Below, in pieces: positions 11,271 to 23,563 of a stretch of DNA of 64,000 bases. Origin of the DNA: Squalus acanthias (Eukaryota). How positions within the stretch are numbered: position 1 is the first letter of the stretch; each line of letters starts with the position of its first letter. The notes beneath the pieces were generated by a model that saw only the letters and a list, made by a program, of their open reading frames with translations, did no database searches and had not been told where the DNA came from. The stretch lies in assembly GCA_030390025.1 (NCBI GenBank), contig CM059431.1, positions 120,096,001 to 120,160,000 of the forward strand. Reading direction: 5' to 3'. The position numbers and the translations under genes are program-made.

Positions 11271-13589
11271 GCATGAATATATAGGGGTAGGAATTTGTCT
11301 TGGACAGTAGCATAAAACAGGCCTTTCCAATGGAAATAAAAATCAGGAGAGATATAGAATGGGCTGCCGAGTGCCGACTCGCTATCACCCGTTTTACACT
11401 ATTGCTAGAGCTACCCCAATGGCTCTAAACATTTTCAGTCATTCGTGTTCCACTAATATCTGTCTTCCCTACACATTCCATTGATGATCATGTTATTTTG
11501 ATTGTGAGATTAGGAATGGTACAACATGCTGCCTTCATGAAAGATCATGAAGAGGTTAAAAAAAACTGATGTTAAAATTTCTACAACAAACCTGTTAAGC
11601 CGACCTTTCAGAGGCCCAATTTCTTCCCTGATCCTTGTGATGAGCATTAATGAAAAAATGATCCTCTTTCATGATCACAATGATTTGTTTTCTATTCTTT
11701 TATCCTTTAATTTTCATTTCAGTAATCCTTATCTACCATGAAAACTTATCTTCATTTAATTTTTCTTTTCCCTTAACATTCTTAAATCTTTTATAGTTTT
11801 CTTTACTGTCGATCTAGCTTAGTTTGCTTTCCTTATTCCTCTCAGGAACATATAGTTGGTCTGATGAGTAACTGGAGCACAGTTACTGCTGTGCTAATCT
11901 ATGAGTGCAGTCAAATGTATTATGCATCTAGTCAATTACTAGTTGAAGAAAAGCAAACTGTTAGAGCCCTTGAAGACTCAGCATATGCAGTACTTAGTTA
12001 ATGCAGACCAGTACATCCTGGATTTAACTGTGTTCCATTTGTCAATCTCTTCTGGGACAGCAGTTGGGTTCTACAATTGGCCTTCATGCCCATGGGCTAG
12101 GAAAGAAAAAAAATCAGCCAGGATTCCTGTTTCTGATCAGCATCCAGTGACTCTTGATGAAAAATGTACACATGTGGGTATCAAATAAAAACAGAATCAA
12201 ACGTGACTGCAATGCCCTGCAGGGTACAACAGTATGCCAACTCTCACTAACTAGGTTCACACCTGAAGAATTAATCTAATAAAGACTGTTTTTCCAGAGC
12301 TAGGCAAAGATTAAAGCAATTTGTGATATGTTAAAACAATCATGAACACAGTTGCTATGTAAACCAATCCATAAAATCTTGCACAACAAGGGGGTGACTT
12401 GAACAAACTCACGTACCACACAACTTATCAGGAGCCTCAAGCCGCAGCTGCTTGTTGACTTGGTCGGCTCGAGTTAACTCATTCCTATCCAGCCACAATT
12501 CATTTGGTAAACTAACTGGGGCAAACTTTCTTGGCACTGTTCCTGCTAGGCTCCCGTAACTTCGTCGGAAATGCAACGGGAATCGTGTCGTCAACAGGGT
12601 TTCCACTGCACTTCCAGCAAGGTTATGGCGGTGAAGCGTGAGCAGCACCAAGGAAACTCCAAACCAAAATAGCTAAGAAAAAAGGTCTAATCTCTGGAGT
12701 CTTTTCTGATGTTTTCTAGAATACTGCTATTTCCACGCAGCCATTTCTCTCCCAATGCACTCTGATTCCTCCAGGCATTGAAACTGCTCGAATGAAGCCA
12801 GACACTTCATCTTATAACTTTTGACATTATTTTTCTTATAAATATTAAATATTTTAATTGTATTAAATCACTGTGTCTAAAACTTTCCATGAACTAGATC
12901 ACTGATAATTTCAAAATATTTAATATAGCATCAATCTACGTGTGCTGAAGCAGTTACTGCATTAAAAGCAGTCCCTGAGTATCTGAATAAATTAATTATT
13001 GTCCCTATTGTAGCCATTATTACTGGATAATTGAAGGCACACATGAATATATTACATTACTTTAATTATCTTGATTTGTTAATTAAATTCAAATTTATGA
13101 TACAAATCCACCTTTTTAAGTCGGATGTGTTTCAGAAAATTCCCCACAGCCACATGGGGGTAAGAATGGGTCGGTTTGGGTCGGGTGGGAAGTAAATATT
13201 TTTTAAATTTCACACCTGACCCCAAATTACCTCCAACCCCTTCATATTTTAACAGAGGCAGGTAGTCAAAGGGCCGGCAACCAATCCGCTCTCAGCAAGC
13301 AGGTTGCAAATTGAAATCTTTTAAGGAGGTTGTGCGCTTCCATTTTAACAGATTTTTTATTTTTATCTAATGTCAGCCAGGTTTCCTGATGCTTGGGAAT
13401 CCCGCCAGGTAAAAGGAGGATAGAAAGACCGGATCCGTAAGGTACGTGCATTTACAGCACTGCTTGTGGGCCAGGAGGAACAGGACTGTTCCCTCAAGGC
13501 CCAACAAGCTTACTTCTGTATTCCCCTGCGATCTCCGTTTCCCCCCACCACATTCTCCAACTCCCCTCCACCCCCCACCACCCCACAAC

Positions 13590-15350
13590 CCCACAGCTAT
13601 TCACAATGGCCCAGAAATTCGCTTCTCCGGCTTGCCACGGGGGTAAGGATTGCACGCGCTCTTACCTACCGCGCCTGCCGTTGTATTTTGGGCCCACGGG
13701 AACTTCGGGTCCTGGGCCTGCTCCAAGTGCCGGCGCGCAGTGCTTGCGTGTTCCAGGGGTGCAGTTAATGCGATGCGTCCCCTGGGATCAAGTGGGCCAT
13801 GGAGAGCCAATGGCAGCAGACCATCTTTCATTCATAGATTTGACAGGAGACCTGTCAAATCTGTGAATTGAAATCGGCCCCAAAAGAACAGCTAAACTTA
13901 AAATAAATTAAAAAAAAACATCACATTTATAAAATAACTAGGTTAAATAAATTAACCACTTTAAAGAAAAATTTAAATTTTTGAAAAAATTAAAATAATT
14001 TTTAAAAGTGATAAAGATAAACTTACCTTTCTTTAAAGTATCTAAAAAAGATAAACCTGTTGAAATTTTTTTTAAATTATACTTAATTAACTACTTACCT
14101 TGTTGAAAACGGGTCCTGCGCCTCCTTTTTAATAGCGTAGTATCTTCAATACTTACCCTCGCGTAGAAACCTGAAAAAAAATCTAAGTCTGCTGCGTGCG
14201 CGCAGCCTCTACCGCGCACGCGGTTCACCTAGGAACCGCCCCCTTCACCAGACCAGAAGTTCCGGTTTCCCGCGCATGCGCAGTGCATGCAGGAAACCAG
14301 CACTTTGGGACGTCTTACGGGTGAGTACGGACTGAGTACTCACGCGGGAAGGACCGAATTTTTGGCCCAATATATATTAATGATCTAGTCAAGGGAACTA
14401 GATGTAATATCTCCAAGTTTGCAGACGACACAAAGCTGGGTGGGCGTGTGTGCTGTGGGGAGGATGCCGAGAAACTCCAGGATGATTTGGACAGGTTGGG
14501 TGATTGGGCAGAAGCATGGCAGTTGCAATATAATGTGGATAAATGCGAGGTTATCCACTTTGGTGTCAAAAACAGGAAGGCAGATTATTATCTGAATGGC
14601 AATAGATTGGGAGAAGGGGAAGTGCAACGAGACCTGGGTGTCCTTGTGCACCAGTCGCTGAAGGTAAGCATGCAGGTGCAGCAGGCGGTTAAGAAGGCAA
14701 ATGGTATGTTGGCCTTCGTAGCGAGAGGGTTTGAGTACAGGAACAAGGATGTCTTGCTGCAGTTGTACAGGGCCTTGGTGAGACCACATCTTGAGTATTG
14801 TGTGCAGTTTTGGTCGCCTTATCTGAGGAAGGAGGTTCTTGCCATGGAAGGAGTTCAGCGAAGATTCACCAGGCTTATACCTGGGATGGCAGGAATGACG
14901 TATGAGGAGAGATTGGGTCAATTGGGCTTATACTCGCTGGAGTTTAGAAGAATGAGAAGGGATCTCATTGAAACTTATAAAATTCTGACAGGACTGGACA
15001 GACTGGATGCAGGAAGGATGTTCCCGATGGTCGGGGAGTCCAGAACCAGGGGTCACAGTCTAAGGATAAGGGGTAAGCCATTTAGGACTGAGATGAGGAG
15101 GAATTTCTTCACCCAGAGAGTGGTGAACCTGTGGAATTCTCTACCACAGAAGACAGTAGAGGCCAATTCATTAAATATATTCAAGAAGGAGTTGGATATA
15201 TTTCTTAAGGCTAAAGGGATCAAGGGATATGGGGAGAAAGCAGGGACAGGGTTCTGAATTTGGATGATCAGCCATGATCGCATTGAATGGCGGAGTAGGC
15301 TAGAGGGGCCGAATGGTTTACTCCTGCTCCTATCTTCTATGTTTCTATGT
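13590..15350 (+). mobile_element. 5'-truncated CR1 LINE (RT C-terminus, stop at 15257, 3'UTR with TTCTATG tail)
   Basis: ISKFADDTKL, LVRPHLEYCVQFWSP, RNFFTQRVVNLWNSLP; open frame from ~14370 to 15257. Confidence 0.95.
13608..14368. mobile_element. PIF/Harbinger-type MITE, family A, inserted in CR1
   Basis: TIRs GGCCCAGAAATTC / GAATTTTTGGCCC; AAT TSD; removal restores CR1 PQLFT|IYINDL. Confidence 0.88.
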
Positions 15351-15519
15351 AACCCCCACGATCTTTGGCTCCCCCCACTTATCTGGCATCCAATCCTTGG
15401 TTGCTTTCCAGCCAAAGTCAATCAGGCTGGCTGTCAGGCGGGAAACCTACTGATAACATTTAAATCCTGCAGGATGTCCAAGAAACCCTTACTTCCAGGT
15501 TTCCATTCTGCAGAGACGT

Positions 15520-16530
15520 GACGGGCCAAAAATCTCCTCCCTTTTGCAGGTTAGCAGTGGAGTAGGATTACTGCCTGCAAATCTCAATATGCTGCAGATT
15601 GCCCACTGTAATTTCTTGTTGGGGCACCAACCTGCTGTGCCCTGACCGGTAGGCTACAAGGATTGGGTGCAGATGTCAATACCTCTCCAGGGCACTCAAC
15701 CAGCTGCCACAAGGCCCCTGATAATGCCTTCACAGGAGGGGACATCAGGTATGACCCCAGCATCCTTTACCACTGCAAGAGATGTGGGTGTGAGTGTTGC
15801 AACAGTGGTAAGGTTGTGAGGTTTAAGTGAAGCTATGATTGTGAGGTCTGAGTGGTGATAGGTAGAGATTGTTGGTCAGTGAATGCTGAGGGTGTGCTGC
15901 ACTGAGCAGTGTGTGAGGCTTGTGGTGCAGATGGTGGGATATGACACTTGCTGAAGCCTTCACTCACCTTGACCTGCCATCTGAGGTCATTAAACGCCTT
16001 TCGGCACTGGATCGACCACCTGGGGACCACAGTGCTGGCTGTACATAGTCGGCTGTCTCCTGGCAGAGCTTCTAGATGTATGGTGCGAGGGCTTCATGCC
16101 AGTCTGCGGGAAGAGAACAGCCCGCCTCCTCTCCATGGCCACCACCAGTGCCTCCAGAGCCATGTCTGAGAATCTTCAGGTTCTCTCCCTGTACTGAGAC
16201 TCAGCTATCTGTTTCCAGTACCATCTGCTTCCAGGTGAAGTTGGAACTGGATTGACAATGAGGTGCTGCAGCAACAACGGAGCTCCCCTTTAAGTACTGA
16301 ATAAAGCCTGTGCCAAAGATGACTGGGAATTAGACTGGACCCGATATTGTCCCACATGTTGAGGTAAGCCAAAGAGCACTGGTTTTAGCGCTGAGATCAG
16401 CACCATAATCATATCAATGAGAACTGAGCACTAATTTTGCGTGCTACCTAGACCATTCTGACCCGGCGCAGCTTAACATCGTTGGCCCATGACACCGCCC
16501 GTTTTCTGGCCATATCCAATTTTTAGCCCC
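15520..16530 (-). mobile_element. Degenerate Harbinger remnant (Myb/SANT gene exon 1 and adjacent end)
   Basis: Minus strand ALEALVVAMERRRAVLFP..IQCRKAFNDL followed by AG|GTGAGT donor; homologous to the other Myb exons in the window. Confidence 0.65.
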
Positions 16531-18123
16531 TAGTGTTTGCTTCCACCTTGCAACGCCTTGGTGACAGTGCATAATGCATATGTTCAGAACCATAGCCTTC
16601 TAGGTGCTACCTCTGTGTGTAAACAACCCTCTTGGCTTGGAGGTGACCTTGTCCATCCCACAGCCGAATCTAGGATGGATATGCTGCGGGCCACTTAGCC
16701 TCCTCAGGCCCCAAAATGGCGGGCAGGAAGCAGGGTCCTTTACCCATGCCCGAAGCAGGCATTAAGCAAATTACATATGAAATTAAGGGGCCTAATACCT
16801 GCTTCATGACCCTGCTGCAACTATGGTTTGCCCTGTGGTAGCCAGCGCCAGCAATGTTTGGGAGCATGAAATATTCAATGAGTATTTTCTTGTGCATAGG
16901 ATTGCTTTTGAACCCTCAGTACACCTTACTTAACTTAAATAAATATTTAACAGATCAGAGCAGGTTTTATTCAACAAGTAACCAAATCTAAACGATTTTG
17001 GTCTCACAGATGAAGTGTCCTTGAGGCTTAATTTTGCTTATCTCGTAATTAATGCAAAATTATACATGCTCTATCTTTATATATAACTTGACAGTAAGCC
17101 ACTTCTTGTAGCAGTCAAGGTCTGCAGTTGTACCTCATATATTAAGAAAAACTAGCTGAAATGCGCTGAAGAGCTTCCAGCCATGTAGAGTGGAGTTGTA
17201 AGTGTCTGGGTGCAATAGGGCAGGCTAAAGATGTGTTATGTTCTGTTAAACTCAGTGGTTGATGTACTAATATAAATACTCTTTGAGTACAAAATAAAGA
17301 TTCATATATGCTACACACATTATATATGCACTTACACAGTGGGCCACCAGTTAAAGACAGCATGGTGACAGCAAAACAATTTATCAGAGAGCTCGTTGAC
17401 AGAAATTAATGTTATCGATACCATTCATGCCTGCACTTTTCCAGCATTAAGTGGGTGTACAGCACACTTTCTACCCGGCTTTATTGAATGTTATTTAAGA
17501 CTTAAGGTTTTGGGCAATACAGGGGTGATGTGAGGAAAAACCTTTTTTACGCAGCGAGTGGTGAGGACCTGGAACTTGCTGCCGACTGAAGTGGTGGAAG
17601 CGGAGACACTCAGGGGGAAAAATTTGGTTGGTTTGCACCTCCCGTTAGCACCATAAGAGGGCGCTAATGAGGCGCAAAGCAATTAGCGCCCGGGCGCGGT
17701 GATGTCTGCGCCGCTCGCGAAATTGACCAGACATTTTGCGGCGGTGCTAAACAATACCGCCCCGATCTCCTGCGTCCGCAGATCTTGACGTCAGTCGAGT
17801 GTGCAACGCCCTTGTGGCACCCCGGACCAGATATTGAGTGGCGCTCCCCTCCTTTCCGCCTGGCGCAAGCAACGACAGGTAGACTGGAACGTTTCCCAGT
17901 CGGTGTGGGGCTGGGGGGGCGCTATTTAAAGGCGGCCTCTTCCTGGCTTTTTCTGTGGTAGGCATTTTTGCTCCACTCATTCTGACAGAGAGAGAGATTC
18001 TGAGAGAGAGAAGGAGAGACTTCTGCATCGAGTCAATGCTGTGTGAAGTAGTTTTGGCTACTGATCATAACTTTGCAAGTACTTTTGGATTTTGGCCTTC
18101 ATTACTTCGATTGCCAAGAGATT

Positions 18124-19213
18124 GTGGGGGCTGCACTGATTGGGGGCGTCGTCCTGCGCCAGCAGAATCAGAGGCAACATAGACGCAGAGAGAGAGTGGC
18201 AATCATGGCCAGACGGAGGAGGGCCAACAGGCCTCTGTACAGGAGACCTTACCCTCCCAGGGTATTTCGCCAACAATTCTCCTACATTAATTTGTCTGAG
18301 GAGCAGTGTTTGCGCAGGCTGCGCTTCAGCAAGGAGGTAGTCACTGAGCTCTGCCTCCTGCTGCAGCCAGATCTGCAGCCTCAACTGAGGACAAGCAGCT
18401 ACTGGGGACATCGCCAATATCTCCCAGTTCGCGGTCCATTGCTGCATCCGTCAGGTCACAAATGCCCTCTTTAAAAGGAGACACCAGTACATCTCTTTCC
18501 CGATGACCCGGGCCAAACAGCATGAACGCGCATTGGGCTTTGCAAGGATAGCGGGCTTCCCCATGGTACAGGGCACCATTGACTGCACGCATGTGGCATT
18601 GCGTGCACCGCATGAGAATGCAGAGGATTTCTGCAACCGCAAGAGGTACCACTCCTTAAACGTCCAGTTGGTCCGTGACCACAGACAGCTGATACTCGCT
18701 GTCAATGCCCGCTATCCTGGCAGCAGCCACGATGCTTTCATCCTGCGCCAGACTGCTGCGCCAGAACTTTTCCAGGCACCACATCAGCCAAGTGATTGGC
18801 TCCTCGGGGACAAGGGTTATCCACTGTGCACCTGGCTGATGACACCGCTCCGTAAACCCAACACCCCTGCTGAGCTGCGGTACAACGAGAGCCATCGCGC
18901 CACCAGGAACATCGTTGAGCAGACGATCGACGTGCTCAAGCAACGGTTCCGCTGTCTGGACCACTCAGGAGGAGACCTGCAGTACTCGCCTGAGCGAGTC
19001 TCCCTCTTCATAGTTGTATGCGGCATGCTGCATAACCTGGCAATCCTCAGGACCCAGCCAATGACACCAGGCCTTGGAGTTCCAACGGAGGATGAGGAAG
19101 AGGAGGAGGAAGAGGAGGAGGATGATCATCAGCAGCACCAAGGCGGGAGGGAGGCCCACAATGTTGAAACTGCAAGGGCCGTCCGTCAACGGCTGATAGC
19201 AAGCCGCTTCTAG
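18124..19213 (+). pseudogene. Harbinger (HARBI1-like) DDE transposase, frameshifted/deleted near 18395
   Basis: CLRRLRFSKEVVTELC, GTIDCTHV, SLNVQLV, YPGSSHDAFIL, LLGDKGY, IVEQTIDVLKQRFRCL, acidic C-terminal tail. Confidence 0.92.
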
Positions 19214-20003
19214 GCCCCTACTGAGGAAATGGCTTCTGCCATTGAGAACAACATGAATGAAACCAACCCGCAACCCCTAAGCTGGCCAAGACAGCAATGA
19301 TTCCAAAGACCAAACATGTACATTTTGAATACAAAAACTTATTTATTTTACAAACTCTGTGTGTGTCATTTCTTCATGACAAACTAATAGAAACAAACAC
19401 AAAAAATCATTTATTAACATAACCAGTTCTCACAACCTGGAGATAATAACCAAAACACTAAACAAAAGTTTGAACACGAACCTCGGCCTTTAATAAAAAA
19501 TTGACCAACATTTCGTCACACCTCCTACTTTTTGCCCTTCGAGGGTGATCTCCTTCCCTTGCGCACTTCCCCCCTGCCCACCCTACTGCTCCTCTGTAAT
19601 GGGGCCCCAGTGGCTGCAGCAAGGCTGGTGGAAGGCTGCTGATTGTCAGAACCTGAGACTGCAGATGCCCTTGAAGGACGGCTTCGACCAGCTCTGGACC
19701 TGGAGGGCCCGGCTGCAGACTGCACCAACTCTGGATGGGCGGCAGCAGTCTGTCCTACAGGCGGTGGCAAGTGCAATGGGGAAGTGACAGTGGTGGCAGC
19801 AGGAATGCTGTCATCTTGAGAGAGGACAGCAACTCCCTGCTCGACCGACACACTGGCACTCCCACGGGCCAGCACATCAGCATCCGGAGCAATCTGCTGG
19901 AGCACAGATTGCTGGCCTGCTGCGGCACCGTGAGAACCCCAGGGAAATGTATCTGAACCAGCGACAATGGCAGCAGTCAGTGCATGCATGGCCTCAATCG
20001 TGA

Positions 20004-20457
20004 GGGCAACACAGTGGCATAGTGGTTAGCACTGGTGCTTCACAGCGTCAGGGACCCGGGTTCGAATCTGGCCTCGGGTGACTGTCTGTGTGGAGTTTGC
20101 ACATTCTCCCCGTGTCTGCGTGGGTTTCCTCCGGGTGCTCCGGTTTCCTCCCACAGTCCAAAAATGGGCGGGTTAGGTTGATTTGGCTATGATAAATTGA
20201 CCCTTAGTGTTAGGGGGGGGATTAAATATGTGGGGTTACGGGGATAGGATAGGAAGGGATATGTTAGGGGGTATTAAATACGTGGGGTTACGGGGATAGG
20301 GTGGGATATGTGTCGGTGCAGGCTCGATGGGGATTCTGTGTGAGAAAGCAGGGACAGGGTACTGGATTTGGATGATCAGCCATGATCGTATTGAATGGTG
20401 GAGCAGGCTCGACGGGCCGAATGGCCTACTCCTGCTCCTAGTTTCTATGTTTCTATG
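20004..20457 (+). mobile_element. tRNA-derived V-SINE (HE1-like) with CR1 3' tail
   Basis: A box TGGCATAGTGG, B box GGTTCGAATC, V-domain TGTGTGGAGTTTGCACATTCTCCCCGTGTCTGCGTGGGTTT, CR1-type tail ending (TTTCTATG)2. Confidence 0.88.
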
Positions 20458-21286
20458 AGAGCAGTCTGAGCTGGGATCATGGCAGCCAGTGACTGAATTG
20501 CAGCACTAAGCTTTAGCGTGGCATTCACCTGTGCTACAGCGAGGTGCGCCACACTCCTTGGCAGTGTATCAATGCATTCGGGCACCCTTCCCACTGCACC
20601 CATGAGCTGAGTGTGCATGTGCACCGCCTAGGTGTTAATTTCAGCGATGAGCTGCTCCTCCTCCAGTGCAGCAGGACTCGCTGGCATACTCTCCCTCCGG
20701 AGAGAAGGCCCCCGAGCTTCCCTACCCCTATCGCGTTGCTGCAGCCCGCAGGGTCCTGGAGCTTCACCCTCATCAGACCCTTCCCTCCAGGGAAGACGTG
20801 TTCCCAGTGTGGGCATGGGCTTCCTCGGGTGAGGGTGGCGCTGATGCTCCGGCTTCCTCTTCCTCCTCACCTGCAGCTTCACTCCCACTGGCAGCTTGAG
20901 GGCCCGTCTCCTCAGCTGGTGAATCACCATCTGAAAGCAGGGAGGTACAAGAGTGGCTTTAGCGTGAGGACAGGGTGGCAGTAAGGGAGGAATGAGTGCA
21001 GCAATTTAGTAAGTTGGATTGAAAGTGTCAAAGGCTGGTGTTGTGAGGGACAAGTGGAATGAGCGAGGAGAAAAAGGTGATGACCGTACCATTGCTGTCC
21101 AAAACAGGGTCGGCCTCTCCAGGGGCGACGGGATCGATCACCTGGCTTGCCACAATCCTGTGGACGCGCGCCTCAACATCGCTGAGGGGTTGCAGCTGAG
21201 GCCGCCCTCCACCCGACCATTGCTGCTTTCTCCTATTATAAGATAGCTTGGCCTGCAAGAAAAAGGACGGCGTCTGAGTAAATATA

Positions 21287-21392
21287 CAGCCATGGTCTTG
21301 CCGGATGTGCCTCCCATAGTTGAATAGCCCTGAATGTATGCAGCCATGGTCTTGCCTGATGTGCCTCTCATAGTTGAATAGCCCTTAATATA
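21287..21392. repeat. Two-copy ~54-bp tandem duplication in the Myb gene intron
   Basis: CAGCCATGGTCTTGCC..TTGAATAGCCCT at 21287 and 21341. Confidence 0.85.
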
Positions 21393-22293
21393 GGCAAAGT
21401 GTGGAATGTGTGTGTGTGTTTCATGAGAGGGCCATAGGTGTTGGATGAGTGTTGGGCATTGGGGTTTTAAGACCCTCTGGCATAGAGTGAGGTTGAGATG
21501 GAGGGATGGAGAGGTATTGAAAAAAAGCCACTCACCCTGACGACAAGAGTGAGGTCGTTGAACTTTTTGCAACATTGTATATGGGTCCTGGGAACCATGC
21601 TCCTGGAGGAGACATGCTGAGCCACCTCCCTCCACACTCTTCTGTAGTCGCGCGACAAAGGCCTCCTGCCACTCTCAGGGTAGAGTATAGATCTTCTGCG
21701 CTCCACCGCGCCAACCAGAGCCTCCAAGGCCCGCTCGCTGAAGCGCTGAGCTCGTTCTCTCACCCTCTCTGTAGTCCTTGGCTGGAAAATGTAATCACAG
21801 GTCTTTCCAGGCCGAGATTCAAGGCTCCAAGGAGCAGGGTGTGGCTGGAGAGCAAGATCGAGCCTCCCCTTTAAGAACTGTCCGGCGCCAGTGTGTCTGT
21901 GTTCCATCTCTAATTGACATCACCTGCGCTGCGCTCGCACTCTGAGTTAGCGCATTGCTCCTCGGCATTTGCGCCTTAAGACAGGTGTGCAGCGCCTGAT
22001 TTAGCGCTCCAATCACCTCCAGGGGCGATAAAAGCCAAGTTTGCAGTCAGAGGCGATAATTAGCGCCAGGCGCTAAACTTTGCGCCCGGCCGATAATCGC
22101 GCCCCAAACGGGGCAATACTGAATTTCTCCCCCTCAGTATTTTCAAGGGGAGACTGGATAGGCACTTGAGGGAAATAAACTTGCAGGGCTAAGGGGATAG
22201 AGCGGGGGAGTGGGACTGACTGGATTGCTCCACAGAGAGCCAGCACGGACTCGATGGGCCGATTGGCCTCCTTCTGTGCCGTTATGACTCTAT

Positions 22294-23187
22294 GGGGGAA
22301 AAATTCAGTTGGTTGCACCTCCCGTTAGCGCCTTAAGAGGGCGCTAATGGGGCACAAAGCAACTAGCGCCCGGGTGCAGCGATGTTTGCGCCGCTCACGA
22401 AATTAACTAGACATTTTGCGGCAGCGCTAAACACTACTGCCACGATCTCCTGCGCCGGCAGATCGTGACGTCAGTCGAGTGCGCAACGCCCCGGTGTTGC
22501 CCCGGAGCGGATATTGAGTGGCGCCCCCTGCCTTACCGCCTGACGCGAGCAACGACAGGTTGAGGGGAGCGTTCTGCAGTCAGGAAGGGACTGGGGGTGC
22601 GCTATTTAAAGACGACCGCTTCCTGCCTTTTATTGTTGGTGACATTTTTGAACCACGCATTCTGAGAGAGAGAGAGAGAGACTTCTGGAGAGATTCAACT
22701 CTGTGTGAAGGAGTTTTGGGTACTGAGCAACACTTTGCAGGTTCATTTTGATTTGCCCTTCCTTGTATCGATTTAGAAGAGACTGTGGGGGCTGCACTCT
22801 AAGCTCTTTCCCTGGGCCTCTCCATTGTTCTTCCCAGCAGATTTGATGTACAGGTCTCTCCAGGCCGAGATTCAAGGCTGCACAGAGCAGAATGTGAATG
22901 GAAAGGAAGATCAACCATCCCCTTTAAGAACTGGTCGGCGCCATTGTGTGTGTGTTCCATTGCTGACTGACATCATATGAGCTTCGCCAGCGCTCTGAGG
23001 TAACGCCTCGCTCCTCGGCCTTTGCGCCTTAAGACAGGTGTGAAGCGCCTGATTTAGCGCTCCAATCACCTCCAGGGGTGATAAAAAGTCAAGTTTGCAG
23101 TCGGAGGCGATATTTAGCGTCATGCGCTAATCTTTGCGCCCGGCCGATAATTGCGCCCCAAATGGGGCGATACTGAATTTCTCCCCC
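22294..23187. mobile_element. Non-autonomous deletion derivative of the 17613-22133 Harbinger family
   Basis: Same TIRs and several hundred bp of both ends; TAT TSD; sits in the CTATGA tail of the same CR1. Confidence 0.92.
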
Positions 23188-23563
23188 TATGACTCTATGA
23201 CTATATCATTTCTCCTCTCACCGCAGTCCTGAACTTCCACAGTCCCTTTCACATAAGAACATAAGAATATAAGAAATAGGAGCAGGAGTAGGCCATTTGG
23301 CCCTTCGAGCCTGCTCCAACATTCAATAAGATCATGGCTGATCTTCTACCTCATCTCCACTTTCCTGAACTATCCCCATATCCCTTAATATTCAAAAATC
23401 TATCGATCTCTGTCTTGAATACACTCAACGACTGAGCCTCCACAGCCCTCTGGGGTAGGGAATTCCAAAGATTCACCACCCTCTGAGTGAAGAAATTTCT
23501 CCTTTCAGTCCTAAATGGCCGACCCCTTATTCTGAGACTCTGACCCCTGGTTCTAAACTCCCC

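Larger units (their letters stand above)
19525..21800 (-). pseudogene. Harbinger Myb/SANT-like DNA-binding gene, three exons, disrupted by a SINE
   Basis: Exon 1 RFSERALEALV..WREVA..CCKKFNDL ending at GTGAGT (~21536); exon 2 AKLSYNRRKQQWSGGG (~21253-21090); exon 3 from ~20930. Convergent with the transposase. Confidence 0.85.
17613..22133. mobile_element. PIF/Harbinger transposon, full two-gene structure, inserted in a CR1 3' end
   Basis: TIRs GGGGGAAAAATT / AATTTCTCCCCC; TCA TSD (17610-17612, 22134-22136); the flanks rejoin as a CR1 3' end (~17500-17612 plus 22134-22293). Confidence 0.93.

Noticed and set aside
18124..19213. Domesticated host HARBI1 (and NAIF1/MSANTD for the Myb genes)
   Set aside because: The genes lie within TIR/TSD-bounded elements, occur in several copies and are disrupted.
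20004..20075. tRNA gene
   Set aside because: The A/B boxes continue into a V-domain and LINE tail, so it is a SINE head.
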